Origin: a virus
Taxonomy: Duplodnaviria; Caudoviricetes
Virus record (IMG/VR): IMGVR_UViG_3300011423_000015
Coordinates: 1 to 41,393 of that record
Direction: 5' to 3' (one strand)
DNA: 41,393 bases
The position numbers and the translations under genes are program-made. The notes under the pieces were generated by a model. It worked only from the letters and a program-made list of their open reading frames with translations. It did no database searches and was not told the origin of the DNA. Each line of letters opens with the position of its first letter. Position 1 is the first letter of the stretch. Of this stretch, positions 19,206 to 27,568 are shown piece after piece.

Positions 19206-20513
19206 TTATGGTGTAACTGGTGCAGTTAGTAAAGCCTTGATGGCATCGAAGTCACCTTTAACAAAAGAACCTTCATTGTTAGAAGCTATATAATTATGGA
19301 AGTATGTCTCCACAATAACACGGAAGCGGTTATGATCTAAATCACTCTCCACACCAGTAACAGGACTGCCTATAACAGTGACACCATAACCCATGCGGAC
19401 GGTTATTGCTTCATCTTCAATTTCCCAAAGACCACTTTCACCTAAGATGAATTCGCCTACAGGAATTTTTGTAGATGTTCTGAGCATGAATCCCATCATA
19501 CGAGTTTGACCGTTCGGGTCTGTTGTAGGAATAGTTAAATAGAATTGACCGTTGACATCCTGTAACATTCCGATACGCCATTTATCTTGTGGGTTCATAA
19601 TGAGCACGTCAGGGAAAAATCCTAGCGCTTCAATCTGAGCGGCAGCGGCAGCAATAGCATGATAGTCGGTAGGGTTTTCGTATTGACCATCCAATGCGCT
19701 ACCTACATATGGTGAAGCATCTGCGAGAAGATCAACCGTAAGAATTGCAGCATAGTCCCTTAAAAGTTTCTGCTTAATCAATCGTTGAATGATCGCATAC
19801 GCTTCCTTACGAAACTTTGCAAACTCTTCGGTGTATACTGTCTTGCCAGCTACCTTGCGATACTCACTAAAGTTTCTGACAAGTGAAGTGGACACTAAAG
19901 GTTTCAAACCACCCTCGGCTACAATTGCAAAGGCACCTTCTTCATCGCCTTCTTCCAACCATGTTTTAAATTGTGATATCTCGCCTACTGTTCTGCGTGA
20001 AGCGATATCAAAAACATATTCTCGCGCATAGCGTTTAGGTACGAACGCACCAACAGAAAATGATTCCAGCAATTCGTCAGGCAATGCGGCATCACCTGTG
20101 ATCGTGTTTTCTAATGTCATTATTGCGGCAGCCTTAACGGACAATTTCACCTGTCCAGCTTTTGCGCGCACGACATTTTCAACATCGGCCATCTTTTCAT
20201 CAAGTTCAGTTTTGAAGGTTTTGTTTTTCACAGGCGTACCAACTGATTTAAGATGCTCAATTGCTTCACCCTGCTTTTTCAGAATTGCACGAATGCCTTT
20301 ATCATCTTCACCAATTAGTTCCTCAACTTTTTTGAGGTCTAATGCCATATCACCTTTGTCGTTAAACATTCCTTTAAATGCCGACTTGACTTCCTTAACG
20401 ACTTCATCTTTATCTACCTGCTCTGGTAGTTCGGATATGCGAGAATTCAATTCCTCAATTAATTTGAGGTTGTCTCCCGTAAGACCCTTAACATCAAATA
20501 ATATCTTCTTCAT
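19206..20513 (-). CDS. Major capsid protein, HK97 fold with N-terminal delta/scaffold domain
   Basis: Coiled-coil N-terminus, VAEGGLKP motif, PDVLIMNPQD, QDVNGQFY motifs. Confidence 0.92.
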   Translation of the reverse strand: MKKILFDVKGLTGDNLKLIEELNSRISELPEQVDKDEVVKEVKSAFKGMFNDKGDMALDLKKVEELIGEDDKGIRAILKKQGEAIEHLKSVGTPVKNKTFKTELDEKMADVENVVRAKAGQVKLSVKAAAIMTLENTITGDAALPDELLESFSVGAFVPKRYAREYVFDIASRRTVGEISQFKTWLEEGDEEGAFAIVAEGGLKPLVSTSLVRNFSEYRKVAGKTVYTEEFAKFRKEAYAIIQRLIKQKLLRDYAAILTVDLLADASPYVGSALDGQYENPTDYHAIAAAAAQIEALGFFPDVLIMNPQDKWRIGMLQDVNGQFYLTIPTTDPNGQTRMMGFMLRTSTKIPVGEFILGESGLWEIEDEAITVRMGYGVTVIGSPVTGVESDLDHNRFRVIVETYFHNYIASNNEGSFVKGDFDAIKALLTAPVTP

Positions 20514-21340
20514 CTTTTGAATTCGTTTACGTTTAATTTATAACCACCAATTTCTACCAGACCCTGATCGGCTTGTTTTGCTTTGAGTGATTTAAGCTTG
20601 GCTCGCTTCGGCTCAATACTGGCAAGTGATATGTGCTTGGTTATTAATTGTCTTAATTCTAATTGCTTAACTCGGGGAAGTGTTTTTAAAAAGTCCTCGG
20701 TTTCGAAGTCCAGATTTTCTTTTGCGGTAACTACATCTTCGGCTGACTTAATCGCATAGGTTTCCATATTGCAGCCGATGGTTACCGCGCTGCCCTCGTA
20801 TAGCTCAACCTCTAATAACATTATGGAGTCGGTCGCTTCATCATAGCGTACCTTGTCCCATACATATTCATAGCCGAAACTGAATTGATTGATAGTGCCT
20901 GATTTGATTTGTACTAGGCATCTATCAGCGGTAGGAATTGGATCCAATTTAGCTTTGAAGTATAGCCCGTAATTGTCTTCCTTCAATTCAAGAAATTGTC
21001 CAATTGGCTCTGATAGAATATGTTGCCAGAGCATTACGATTTTATATTTTGATTCGCTGTCAGGTCCACGCTCACGAATAGATTTTTTAAAGCATCCCTT
21101 CACGCATGTTTCACCGCAGATATCTTTTACACCAAACACTGCCATGTAACCTTCAACAATACGTTCGTCCTCACTGACTACTGAGAGTTTTAAATCCAAC
21201 ATATGTAGGTTGCCCTCCGCGTCAATGAAGCTGCCAGACAAATTATTTATCGGTCTTGCTTTCAGGCGCAGCGCTTTTATCTTCGGGTGTTGCTGGTTGT
21301 TCTGCTTGTCCCAGTTGTGTTTGTTGTTCTTGTTGTTCAT
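20510..21340 (-). CDS. HK97-type prohead protease
   Basis: VEGYMAVFG.KD, KGCFKKSI, MLWQH...PIG, EDNYGLYF, QFSFGY, EGSAVT motifs; ATG at 21340 preferred over 21385. Confidence 0.92.
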   Translation of the reverse strand: MNNKNNKHNWDKQNNQQHPKIKALRLKARPINNLSGSFIDAEGNLHMLDLKLSVVSEDERIVEGYMAVFGVKDICGETCVKGCFKKSIRERGPDSESKYKIVMLWQHILSEPIGQFLELKEDNYGLYFKAKLDPIPTADRCLVQIKSGTINQFSFGYEYVWDKVRYDEATDSIMLLEVELYEGSAVTIGCNMETYAIKSAEDVVTAKENLDFETEDFLKTLPRVKQLELRQLITKHISLASIEPKRAKLKSLKAKQADQGLVEIGGYKLNVNEFKR

Positions 21341-22616
21341 CGTAGTATTTTTCAAATTCAGGGTCGGGATTTTTCTCTTCTCCAATTAATTCAAGCCATC
21401 GATTCTTTGTTATCAGTCCGGCTTTGTATTCCTTCTCGGCTGTTGAGGACATTGCTGCTCGTGTATCCGCTACTAATTTTTTATCTTCCTGTAGTACTTC
21501 AACCTTAGTGAAATCACTCCACACGTATAGATTGGCCCCTTCGCTCACAATGCCCATGCTGAATTGTTCCAAACGCGAATCACTTTCGGGGATGATCGTA
21601 TCACGGTAGGCTGATTTCATTGCCTGCTTTTTATTGTCAAAGGTTACATCCTTAGTGCGGGACATTAATTCAACAGGCCAGCCGTAGCCATCGCATAGCC
21701 TGTTTATATCATCATCGATTTCCTCGAATAGCATGAGGTCCGCAGTAGGGAAGCCCATTTGTTGCCATTGGAGGTTCGCATCGCTTATGATTACTTGGAA
21801 GGGCTGACCTATCAGACCATAGCGCTTGAAATCACTTTGTAATTTTTTCTTTTCGTCAAGGTCTAATGGAATCACCCCCGCTTGATCTTTCGCACCATTG
21901 GAGAGAATGCCAATTGCGCCTCTTTTTGTTATGAGTGTGTTACGTGCTTTGTATGCGGCTACAATATTGGAGACTGGATATTCAAGTGATATTAAACGGC
22001 TGTCTGGTATCGTTAATTCTGAATCATAATCCGTTCCTATAGCATCATCGTAAATGAAAAAAATATCATCAAACTTTAATTTTATCCGCTCACCATTCCA
22101 AAAAATAAAATAATCTTTATAAATACCGCTGATGCTTTTTTCCTTTAACCATTTGCGCGTATAGTCTAAATCAAACAGCCAAGGGGGGATGTTCCATAAG
22201 GACGTTAGTTCATCAACCATGCCTACGGGACGCATTCGCAGAATAGGCACATACCCAAAAATATCTATGTAGTGATTTTGCTGAGAGAAAAATTGTTTCT
22301 GTGTTTGAAGTACGTTTGGCTTTGCTATGACATTGCGAATTGATTTAGCTTCGGCACCACTTCCTTTGTTATCGCTGTTCAGATTATAAACGTCAATGGT
22401 TCCGGTGTTAAATGCCTTTGCTCGCTTACCCACTATCGCTTTGAAGGGTGCGCATTCTCTGAACGCTCGCAAATAATCCTTCTCACATTTCAAATCAAAA
22501 AAATAATCCTCTCCACCAGATAAGGATAAATGTGTTACACCAATATGGTTGTTGTACTTGTCTAGGAGATACTCCGCGCTTGCTAAATTCTCCCATCCCT
22601 CCAATGAATCTTTCAC
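21243..22616 (-). CDS. Portal protein (HK97-like)
   Basis: 457 aa between TerL and protease; RGAIGILS, LQWQQMG, ICxxYG-like and TFDNK motifs; GTG start. Confidence 0.88.
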   Translation of the reverse strand: MKDSLEGWENLASAEYLLDKYNNHIGVTHLSLSGGEDYFFDLKCEKDYLRAFRECAPFKAIVGKRAKAFNTGTIDVYNLNSDNKGSGAEAKSIRNVIAKPNVLQTQKQFFSQQNHYIDIFGYVPILRMRPVGMVDELTSLWNIPPWLFDLDYTRKWLKEKSISGIYKDYFIFWNGERIKLKFDDIFFIYDDAIGTDYDSELTIPDSRLISLEYPVSNIVAAYKARNTLITKRGAIGILSNGAKDQAGVIPLDLDEKKKLQSDFKRYGLIGQPFQVIISDANLQWQQMGFPTADLMLFEEIDDDINRLCDGYGWPVELMSRTKDVTFDNKKQAMKSAYRDTIIPESDSRLEQFSMGIVSEGANLYVWSDFTKVEVLQEDKKLVADTRAAMSSTAEKEYKAGLITKNRWLELIGEEKNPDPEFEKYYDEQQEQQTQLGQAEQPATPEDKSAAPESKTDK

Positions 22617-22617
22617 A

Positions 22618-22839
22618 TTAAATAGTCCGTTTGGATAACGTTATCCATTTGAAAATTATAAATGTGGCGGGCTTGTTCTCTATTGATACCGTATAGGATG
22701 TTCCCATATACGCACGTAAAACCTCATACTTCTCTAACCAAATAATATTGTTGTTAATGTGAATAGGCAACCATGCGAACCGTTTAATTAATTTAGTGGT
22801 CCCGTGTTTTAAGTTGCTTGGTCCAGTTTTCAATTTCAT
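22618..22839 (-). CDS. Hypothetical protein
   Basis: 73 aa, FAWLP...IWLEKY motif, coupled to neighbours. Confidence 0.65.
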   Translation of the reverse strand: MKLKTGPSNLKHGTTKLIKRFAWLPIHINNNIIWLEKYEVLRAYMGTSYTVSIENKPATFIIFKWITLSKRTI

Positions 22840-23078
22840 AAAAATGTAATACTATCACTTAGTTCAGCCATCAACATGATAGGTTGAAGTGGTCCATTAA
22901 ATGTTAATTGACTTAAGTAAATGCATTTGTTTTTACTTATTCTTTCAATTTCATCATCGGTTAATTCCCAACACGTAATAACTTCACCATCTGGCATTCG
23001 AAGTGCTGGTAATGGTTGGTATTGCGGTTGATCTTTACCGAATACGATATTATGTCCATGAAATACTTTTGGTTTCAT
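22836..23078 (-). CDS. Conserved phage hypothetical protein
   Basis: KDQPQYQPLPA...CWELTDDE...TFNGPLQP motif common in phages. Confidence 0.75.
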   Translation of the reverse strand: MKPKVFHGHNIVFGKDQPQYQPLPALRMPDGEVITCWELTDDEIERISKNKCIYLSQLTFNGPLQPIMLMAELSDSITFL

Positions 23079-23079
23079 A

Positions 23080-24390
23080 TCACGCTCGTATTAAGTTTAC
23101 TAAGGCAGCATATCTTGCAGCGTCCCACAAATGATTAAAATCATCTATCGGCTCGTCAAGTCTAATTCCATTCACTACTCTATAGATGTATTGACCTTGT
23201 TCTTTTCTCCACTCTGGGCAGTCCACTAAATGAATTTTGTACTTTTTCATTAGAGAAATCCCATATTTTATAGAGCCATTGAATTTGGTAACGGGCATCA
23301 CTTTTAATCTTGCCTTACGACATTCCATGATGAACCCCAGTGCATCTGCGCTATCCATCACCAATAAATTATTTGCACCTACATGCTCGCGAACAGCAGG
23401 CACATACTCATTACAGGAGGGAGTAGGTTGGTAGAATTTCTTTTCTAAGTAAAGATTGTTTCCACTAACGCCACATTTAACAATAGTGGACGGGCTGTTG
23501 GTGTAGCCTAAATCACTGCCATAAAATATTCTTTCGCACGCTGATGGGAATTCTTTCAGCCATGTAACATGCTGAAATATTAAACCTTCAGGGGCAGTGC
23601 GCAAACCAAGACCGAAAACGTTCCATCGATAATCATCCGCAGTTCCTTCATTTTCATTTTTTACACAGTGTAATAATTCTATTAATTCGTCAATTGAATA
23701 TTTGTCAGGATTTTTCTTTATGGGATAAGTCTTACAATATGCAATTGCTTGATTTGATTCGAGTTTTTTATCAATCAGAACTTTTGCATATACCGCGCAC
23801 TGACTTACTGATTGATAACTTAAAATCTTCCTTCTTTCATTCTTAGTTATGTAAGGGTTATCCTTAAACGTTGTTTTTAGAAAAGCTACATCCTTACGGT
23901 TCCCTACCTTATCATATACCCAGTGCTCAGTAAATTTCGGGTTGTAATCACCCCACCAGAAGCGCCTGCATCGTTGTTCGGTATCATCGAAAACGTTTTG
24001 CGATATGTCCAGCATTTCATTGAAATAGGCTATGTCGCATGAGTTGCCAGAAAAAACGCTTTCATTCTCAGCGCCCAATAAATTTATTTTGTTACCGTAT
24101 AGCCTAAATGTTTTTACTTCTTGCTTATCTGCGAATGGTGATTGAATACCTGCCATCGGTAATCGTCTGTTGAAATCATCATAAAGCGTGGTCTTAAAAC
24201 TGTTGTAGGTTTCCTTAATGATATTGATAGTCCAATCAGAACTAACCTGACTGGTTAAGTAGATAATAAAATCTATACTGCTCCATGTTTTACGCGAACG
24301 ACTACTTCCTTCGAGTAGTGCGCCTGTTTTATCTTCAACGAACGACCTATGGAGGTGCGTTAAATTCGGATTTATTACTCGGTCACTCAT
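23080..24390 (-). CDS. terL: Terminase large subunit (PBSX/SPP1-like)
   Basis: Walker A EGSSRSRKT, Walker B AYFNE, coupling motif DYNP, TFKDNP, nuclease GSDLG, DSAD, NHLWDAARY; likely start MSDRVINPN at 24390 although frame is open to 24498. Confidence 0.93.
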   Translation of the reverse strand: MSDRVINPNLTHLHRSFVEDKTGALLEGSSRSRKTWSSIDFIIYLTSQVSSDWTINIIKETYNSFKTTLYDDFNRRLPMAGIQSPFADKQEVKTFRLYGNKINLLGAENESVFSGNSCDIAYFNEMLDISQNVFDDTEQRCRRFWWGDYNPKFTEHWVYDKVGNRKDVAFLKTTFKDNPYITKNERRKILSYQSVSQCAVYAKVLIDKKLESNQAIAYCKTYPIKKNPDKYSIDELIELLHCVKNENEGTADDYRWNVFGLGLRTAPEGLIFQHVTWLKEFPSACERIFYGSDLGYTNSPSTIVKCGVSGNNLYLEKKFYQPTPSCNEYVPAVREHVGANNLLVMDSADALGFIMECRKARLKVMPVTKFNGSIKYGISLMKKYKIHLVDCPEWRKEQGQYIYRVVNGIRLDEPIDDFNHLWDAARYAALVNLIRA

Positions 24391-24481
24391 AGCAGAAAAA
24401 AAAAGGAAGTAGCACACAATGCCGCTATGAACTATCATTGAAACTACTCCCAGTTTTAAAACATACCCTCTCATAAAAATT

Positions 24482-24874
24482 TTATTCTGTGATTTCATCT
24501 GAATGTGATTCCAATTCTTTTACTTTTTCTTCGGCTTCTTTTTGCAATGTTTTTTGATACTCTTCATCCAATGGGAATAAATCAGCTACCATTTTTCTGT
24601 TATCTTCTAAGTTGAATTGTACTTCCTGTTTTGCTTTGCCGTATGCTCTGTCCAGTAACAATTCAGCGGCTCGCACATCGCCACCCATTGCTTTTGCTCG
24701 CAGCCTCATCAAGATTACTTCCGCTGCGCTTTTACCTTCTTTTGTTTCACCTAAAACATTGGCGAGCAGTTCTTTCAACATCGGTATTTTAGGAGGTCTA
24801 CCCTTTGGGTTACCTGATTGTCCTTTTTGGAAGTGCTTTAAATTTTCCGTTCGTCCCTTCTTCCTGTCTGCCAT
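24482..24874 (-). CDS. terS: Terminase small subunit (DUF5681-like N-terminus)
   Basis: NLKHFQKGQSGNPKGRP motif and GDVRAAELLLDRAYGK; directly upstream of TerL. Confidence 0.8.
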   Translation of the reverse strand: MADRKKGRTENLKHFQKGQSGNPKGRPPKIPMLKELLANVLGETKEGKSAAEVILMRLRAKAMGGDVRAAELLLDRAYGKAKQEVQFNLEDNRKMVADLFPLDEEYQKTLQKEAEEKVKELESHSDEITE

Positions 24875-24889
24875 TGTTTTCCCATTGTT

Positions 24890-25168
24890 TTAGCTTATTC
24901 TTTTGCCCAAGCGTATTGCATAAACATTTACCTTTTCTTTTGTTTCCCACTGAGTTATATTTTTGATTGTGATGTGTTCTATTTTAAATTTCATTCTACC
25001 AGCTTTTTTGTTATACCCCAGTTGAAATATTACGCTGTCATATTCGCGGTTTAGTAATCTTTTGGTCCAGAAGGGAGTGATTAACCTATACTCTTCCTTT
25101 TTCTTACCCGAGTTGATTTTATCAAACCATTTCTTTTTTAAGATTAAAAACAAAGTCTTTGACTTCAT
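24890..25168 (-). CDS. ASCH-domain protein
   Basis: L.LKKKWFDKINSGKKKEEYR = ASCH GxKxxExR signature, followed by V.FQLGY. Confidence 0.85.
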   Translation of the reverse strand: MKSKTLFLILKKKWFDKINSGKKKEEYRLITPFWTKRLLNREYDSVIFQLGYNKKAGRMKFKIEHITIKNITQWETKEKVNVYAIRLGKRIS

Positions 25169-25502
25169 GCTGTAAATGTTTTAAGGTCACACATTGATTT
25201 TCAATCAGTGGTAGGTTCGAATACACGAAGCACTTTTTAGATTTAAAATGTGAAAGGATGTATTGCAATGACTGTGGGCTACTAATAGAGAACCACGCAT
25301 TGACCACTATGAAATCAGAGCTATGACCGAACAAAATAACTTTGTCGATATCTTGAACCGTTACTATTTCTTTATACTCAATGAAGCGATACACTTCTGG
25401 CAGCAAATCCATTGTAGCCATGAGCATTCCACTGCCCACAACTATTGCCAGACCGTTGCCACGATCTTTATTTTCTCTTTTTATATAGGAATGTATTCCC
25501 AT
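25122..25502 (-). CDS. Hypothetical protein, possibly degenerate P-loop fold
   Basis: 126 aa overlapping both neighbours; GLAIVVGSGMLMAT and DFIVVNAW resemble decayed Walker A/B strands. Confidence 0.5.
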   Translation of the reverse strand: MGIHSYIKRENKDRGNGLAIVVGSGMLMATMDLLPEVYRFIEYKEIVTVQDIDKVILFGHSSDFIVVNAWFSISSPQSLQYILSHFKSKKCFVYSNLPLIENQCVTLKHLQHEVKDFVFNLKKEMV

Positions 25503-26548
25503 GATGTAGTAAGCCTCCCGGCTGATGTTTTTAATTTCTTATTACTACCTGATGGCATTTTTGCCTCTACGCCATTTACTAGCCTCCACTTCTCAGGTCG
25601 TTTGATTCTATACTTTACAATTTGTGGCGCTGATGTAGTGGCTCTAAATCTGATGTGCCTTGTTTCCCAAAGCCACTGAGCGACCAGTTCAATCATTTTA
25701 TTACCGATGCCCAGACCTTGATAGTCTGGTAGGATTACTGTTCTGTGACCACGTACCCAACCCTTCATGCCCATCGCTGGCATCGTTGAAAAGAATCCTA
25801 TTAAATTCCATTCATCATCAAGCTTTGCCCACGTGAGATATATTTGTGCGCTCGGACTTATTGATGAAGTCATATAGTGGTGCTGATGAAACATAGCCCA
25901 ATAGGTTGTATCCCCTTTAGTGATTTTGATTTCGATTTTGGGTCGCCTAAGACATTCACAGGAGAAATCACCTGTGCCAGTATCAAATTTCCAATCAGGT
26001 TCTAACCATGATTCGATATCATAGTGGCATGAGATTGCAATGAATTTTTTATTTAAGCGCTTGATTATTTTACTAACAGCCACACACGAAGCCTTCGCCA
26101 CGTTGCGGTCCACTACTGAAGTGAATTCATCGAAAATCACCTCATCGTTTTCGGCAATCATTCGCGCAAGGTTAGCTCTGAATTGTTGCCCGTTGCTGAG
26201 ACTCTGATAGGGTAGTATGTAAGTCTTAGGTGATGATAGACCAACGCCCTGCAAATGACTTATGATAGAATCCACATTCAAATCAGATCTGAAATTTTCA
26301 ACAATAGATTTTTGATCATCCCATATAGGTAGGGGCGTAACGTTAAAAACTTCATTTGCAATTGATGATTTTCCTGAGCCCGATGGTCCAATGATGCAAC
26401 CTATGTTCCACTGTTCTGGAAGATTTATTTCGCCATGCAGTTCAAAGGTTTGGGTATTGGATTTAGCAATATCAAACATCCCGAACACTCGGCTATTGCG
26501 AAATGATTCCGCAACCTCAGACGTTTTTATAATGTCAAAACTCGGCAT
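25481..26548 (-). CDS. ABC-type ATPase fused to GNAT acetyltransferase
   Basis: Walker A GPSGSGKS, ABC signature LSNGQQFR, Walker B VIFDEFTS, H-loop ISCH; C-terminal acetyl-CoA motif RTVILPDYQGLGIG. Confidence 0.9.
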   Translation of the reverse strand: MPSFDIIKTSEVAESFRNSRVFGMFDIAKSNTQTFELHGEINLPEQWNIGCIIGPSGSGKSSIANEVFNVTPLPIWDDQKSIVENFRSDLNVDSIISHLQGVGLSSPKTYILPYQSLSNGQQFRANLARMIAENDEVIFDEFTSVVDRNVAKASCVAVSKIIKRLNKKFIAISCHYDIESWLEPDWKFDTGTGDFSCECLRRPKIEIKITKGDTTYWAMFHQHHYMTSSISPSAQIYLTWAKLDDEWNLIGFFSTMPAMGMKGWVRGHRTVILPDYQGLGIGNKMIELVAQWLWETRHIRFRATTSAPQIVKYRIKRPEKWRLVNGVEAKMPSGSNKKLKTSAGRLTTSWEYIPI

Positions 26549-27054
26549 TTGTACCCACGTTCAATTAGTTGATTGTATGTTTTTTCCTGATCGGTTTCGT
26601 CCTTGCACTCAATGACAATTTCAAACCGTGATGAATAATCTGAAGATTCATCTTTGATTTCATCGGATTCGAATTCTGGAATATTCATTCCCCATTCTTC
26701 CAGTTTTGTAGTGTCCCAATCGTTGGCGAGCATGTCCCAATTCCATTCACCGAATGGTAGGTTGTCCTTGATGATAAATTCCTTTTTCTGTTCCTCGCTT
26801 AAATCTTTCGCATGAATGACGGGCACTTCCTTTACATCCAATTCCTTCAGCGCTTTCAATCTCATATTGCCGCCCAGCACCATATTGTTTTCGTCAACGA
26901 TGATGGGGCGCAATGCCATCATTTCAGGAAAATTCTGTATTGATTCCACGAGCAGATGAAATTTTTCATCCTTAATAATCCGAGGGTTATTAGGATTTTC
27001 TTTGATGCTCGCTATTGGCACCAGAATAATCTTGGCAGTCGTTTGCACGCCCAT
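26527..27054 (-). CDS. ParB/Srx N-terminal domain protein
   Basis: IKENPNNPR, LVESI, RPIIVDENNMVLGGNMRLKAL, FIIKDN; small C-terminal EIVIECKDE..QE..YN.L..RGY domain. Confidence 0.88.
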   Translation of the reverse strand: MGVQTTAKIILVPIASIKENPNNPRIIKDEKFHLLVESIQNFPEMMALRPIIVDENNMVLGGNMRLKALKELDVKEVPVIHAKDLSEEQKKEFIIKDNLPFGEWNWDMLANDWDTTKLEEWGMNIPEFESDEIKDESSDYSSRFEIVIECKDETDQEKTYNQLIERGYKCRVLTL

Positions 27055-27087
27055 TTTGTTTATTAGAAATTTTTTTGTTTACCTTTG
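27055..27087 (+). promoter_or_regulatory. Bacteroidota sigma-A promoter
   Basis: TTTG (27055-27058), 21-nt spacer, TACCTTTG (27080-27087) = -33/-7 consensus TTTG-N19-21-TAnnTTTG. Confidence 0.7.
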
Positions 27088-27091
27088 TATT

Positions 27092-27163
27092 GCGTTTTTG
27101 AGCTAATACATAAGACGAATTCAAAACCCGAGGTTTAGCACTGTCTCGGGTTTTACTTTTTTT
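27092..27163 (+). ncRNA. Candidate ~70-nt small RNA
   Basis: Consensus promoter followed within ~35 nt by a terminator hairpin; no ORF in between. Confidence 0.5.
27123..27163 (+). terminator. Intrinsic terminator (possibly bidirectional)
   Basis: AAAACCCGAG / CTCGGGTTTT stem followed by ACTTTTTTT. Confidence 0.75.
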
Positions 27164-27220
27164 GAACCGTTATAGATGGGGACGGGACTATTTAAAAAAT
27201 CAGATCATTTGCACGCTTTC

Positions 27221-27545
27221 GCATTGCCTTTATGATGCTTTTACTTTCCTTTGTTTTACTGATTTATTATGTGTTATTACTAAAGTATTACTAAAATAAA
27301 AAAGTCAACCGTTTCGAGTTGACCTATAACTATTTGAATATGAATATGTTGGGTGCCATAAAGTCAGAATTTAGTTCACCTAATGAATAATGACTAATTA
27401 AGTAAAACATGTTTTCAAAGTATGCGAAATTTTGCTTTAAATGCAATAATTTATTGATTTTCAATGTGTTATGATGTGTTTGCATTGCCTTTAGATTTCG
27501 TTTTTATGCTGTTTTATTGTACATTTATGATATGTTATTACTAAA
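27221..27545. other. attP-like recombination region
   Basis: 64-bp degenerate direct repeat (27221-27284 and 27482-27545); TATTACTAAA at 27275, 27286, 27536; IHF-like sites at 27327-27339 and 27447-27459; adjacent to integrase start. Confidence 0.65.
27293..27323 (-). terminator. Intrinsic terminator on minus strand inside att region
   Basis: GTCAAC / GTTGAC stem followed on minus strand by TTTTTTATTTT. Confidence 0.55.
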
Positions 27546-27568
27546 AACGTATCAAAAAAATCAGCGCT

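Noticed and set aside
25205-25230. GGTTCGAAT tRNA T-loop-like motif
   Set aside because: Flanks do not form a T-stem or cloverleaf, and it lies inside a coding region
25481-26548. ABC transporter subunit
   Set aside because: No permease or substrate-binding genes nearby; ATPase is fused to a GNAT domain
603-26615. Plus-strand ORFs in the structural region (e.g. 3450-3797, 6391-6777, 15067-15606, 20098-20520)
   Set aside because: Antisense shadows of well-supported minus-strand genes with no recognisable motifs
27350-27395. dif-like site (GGTGCCATAA resembles the XerC arm)
   Set aside because: No XerD arm (TTATGTTAAAT) at the correct spacing, and the phage has its own integrase
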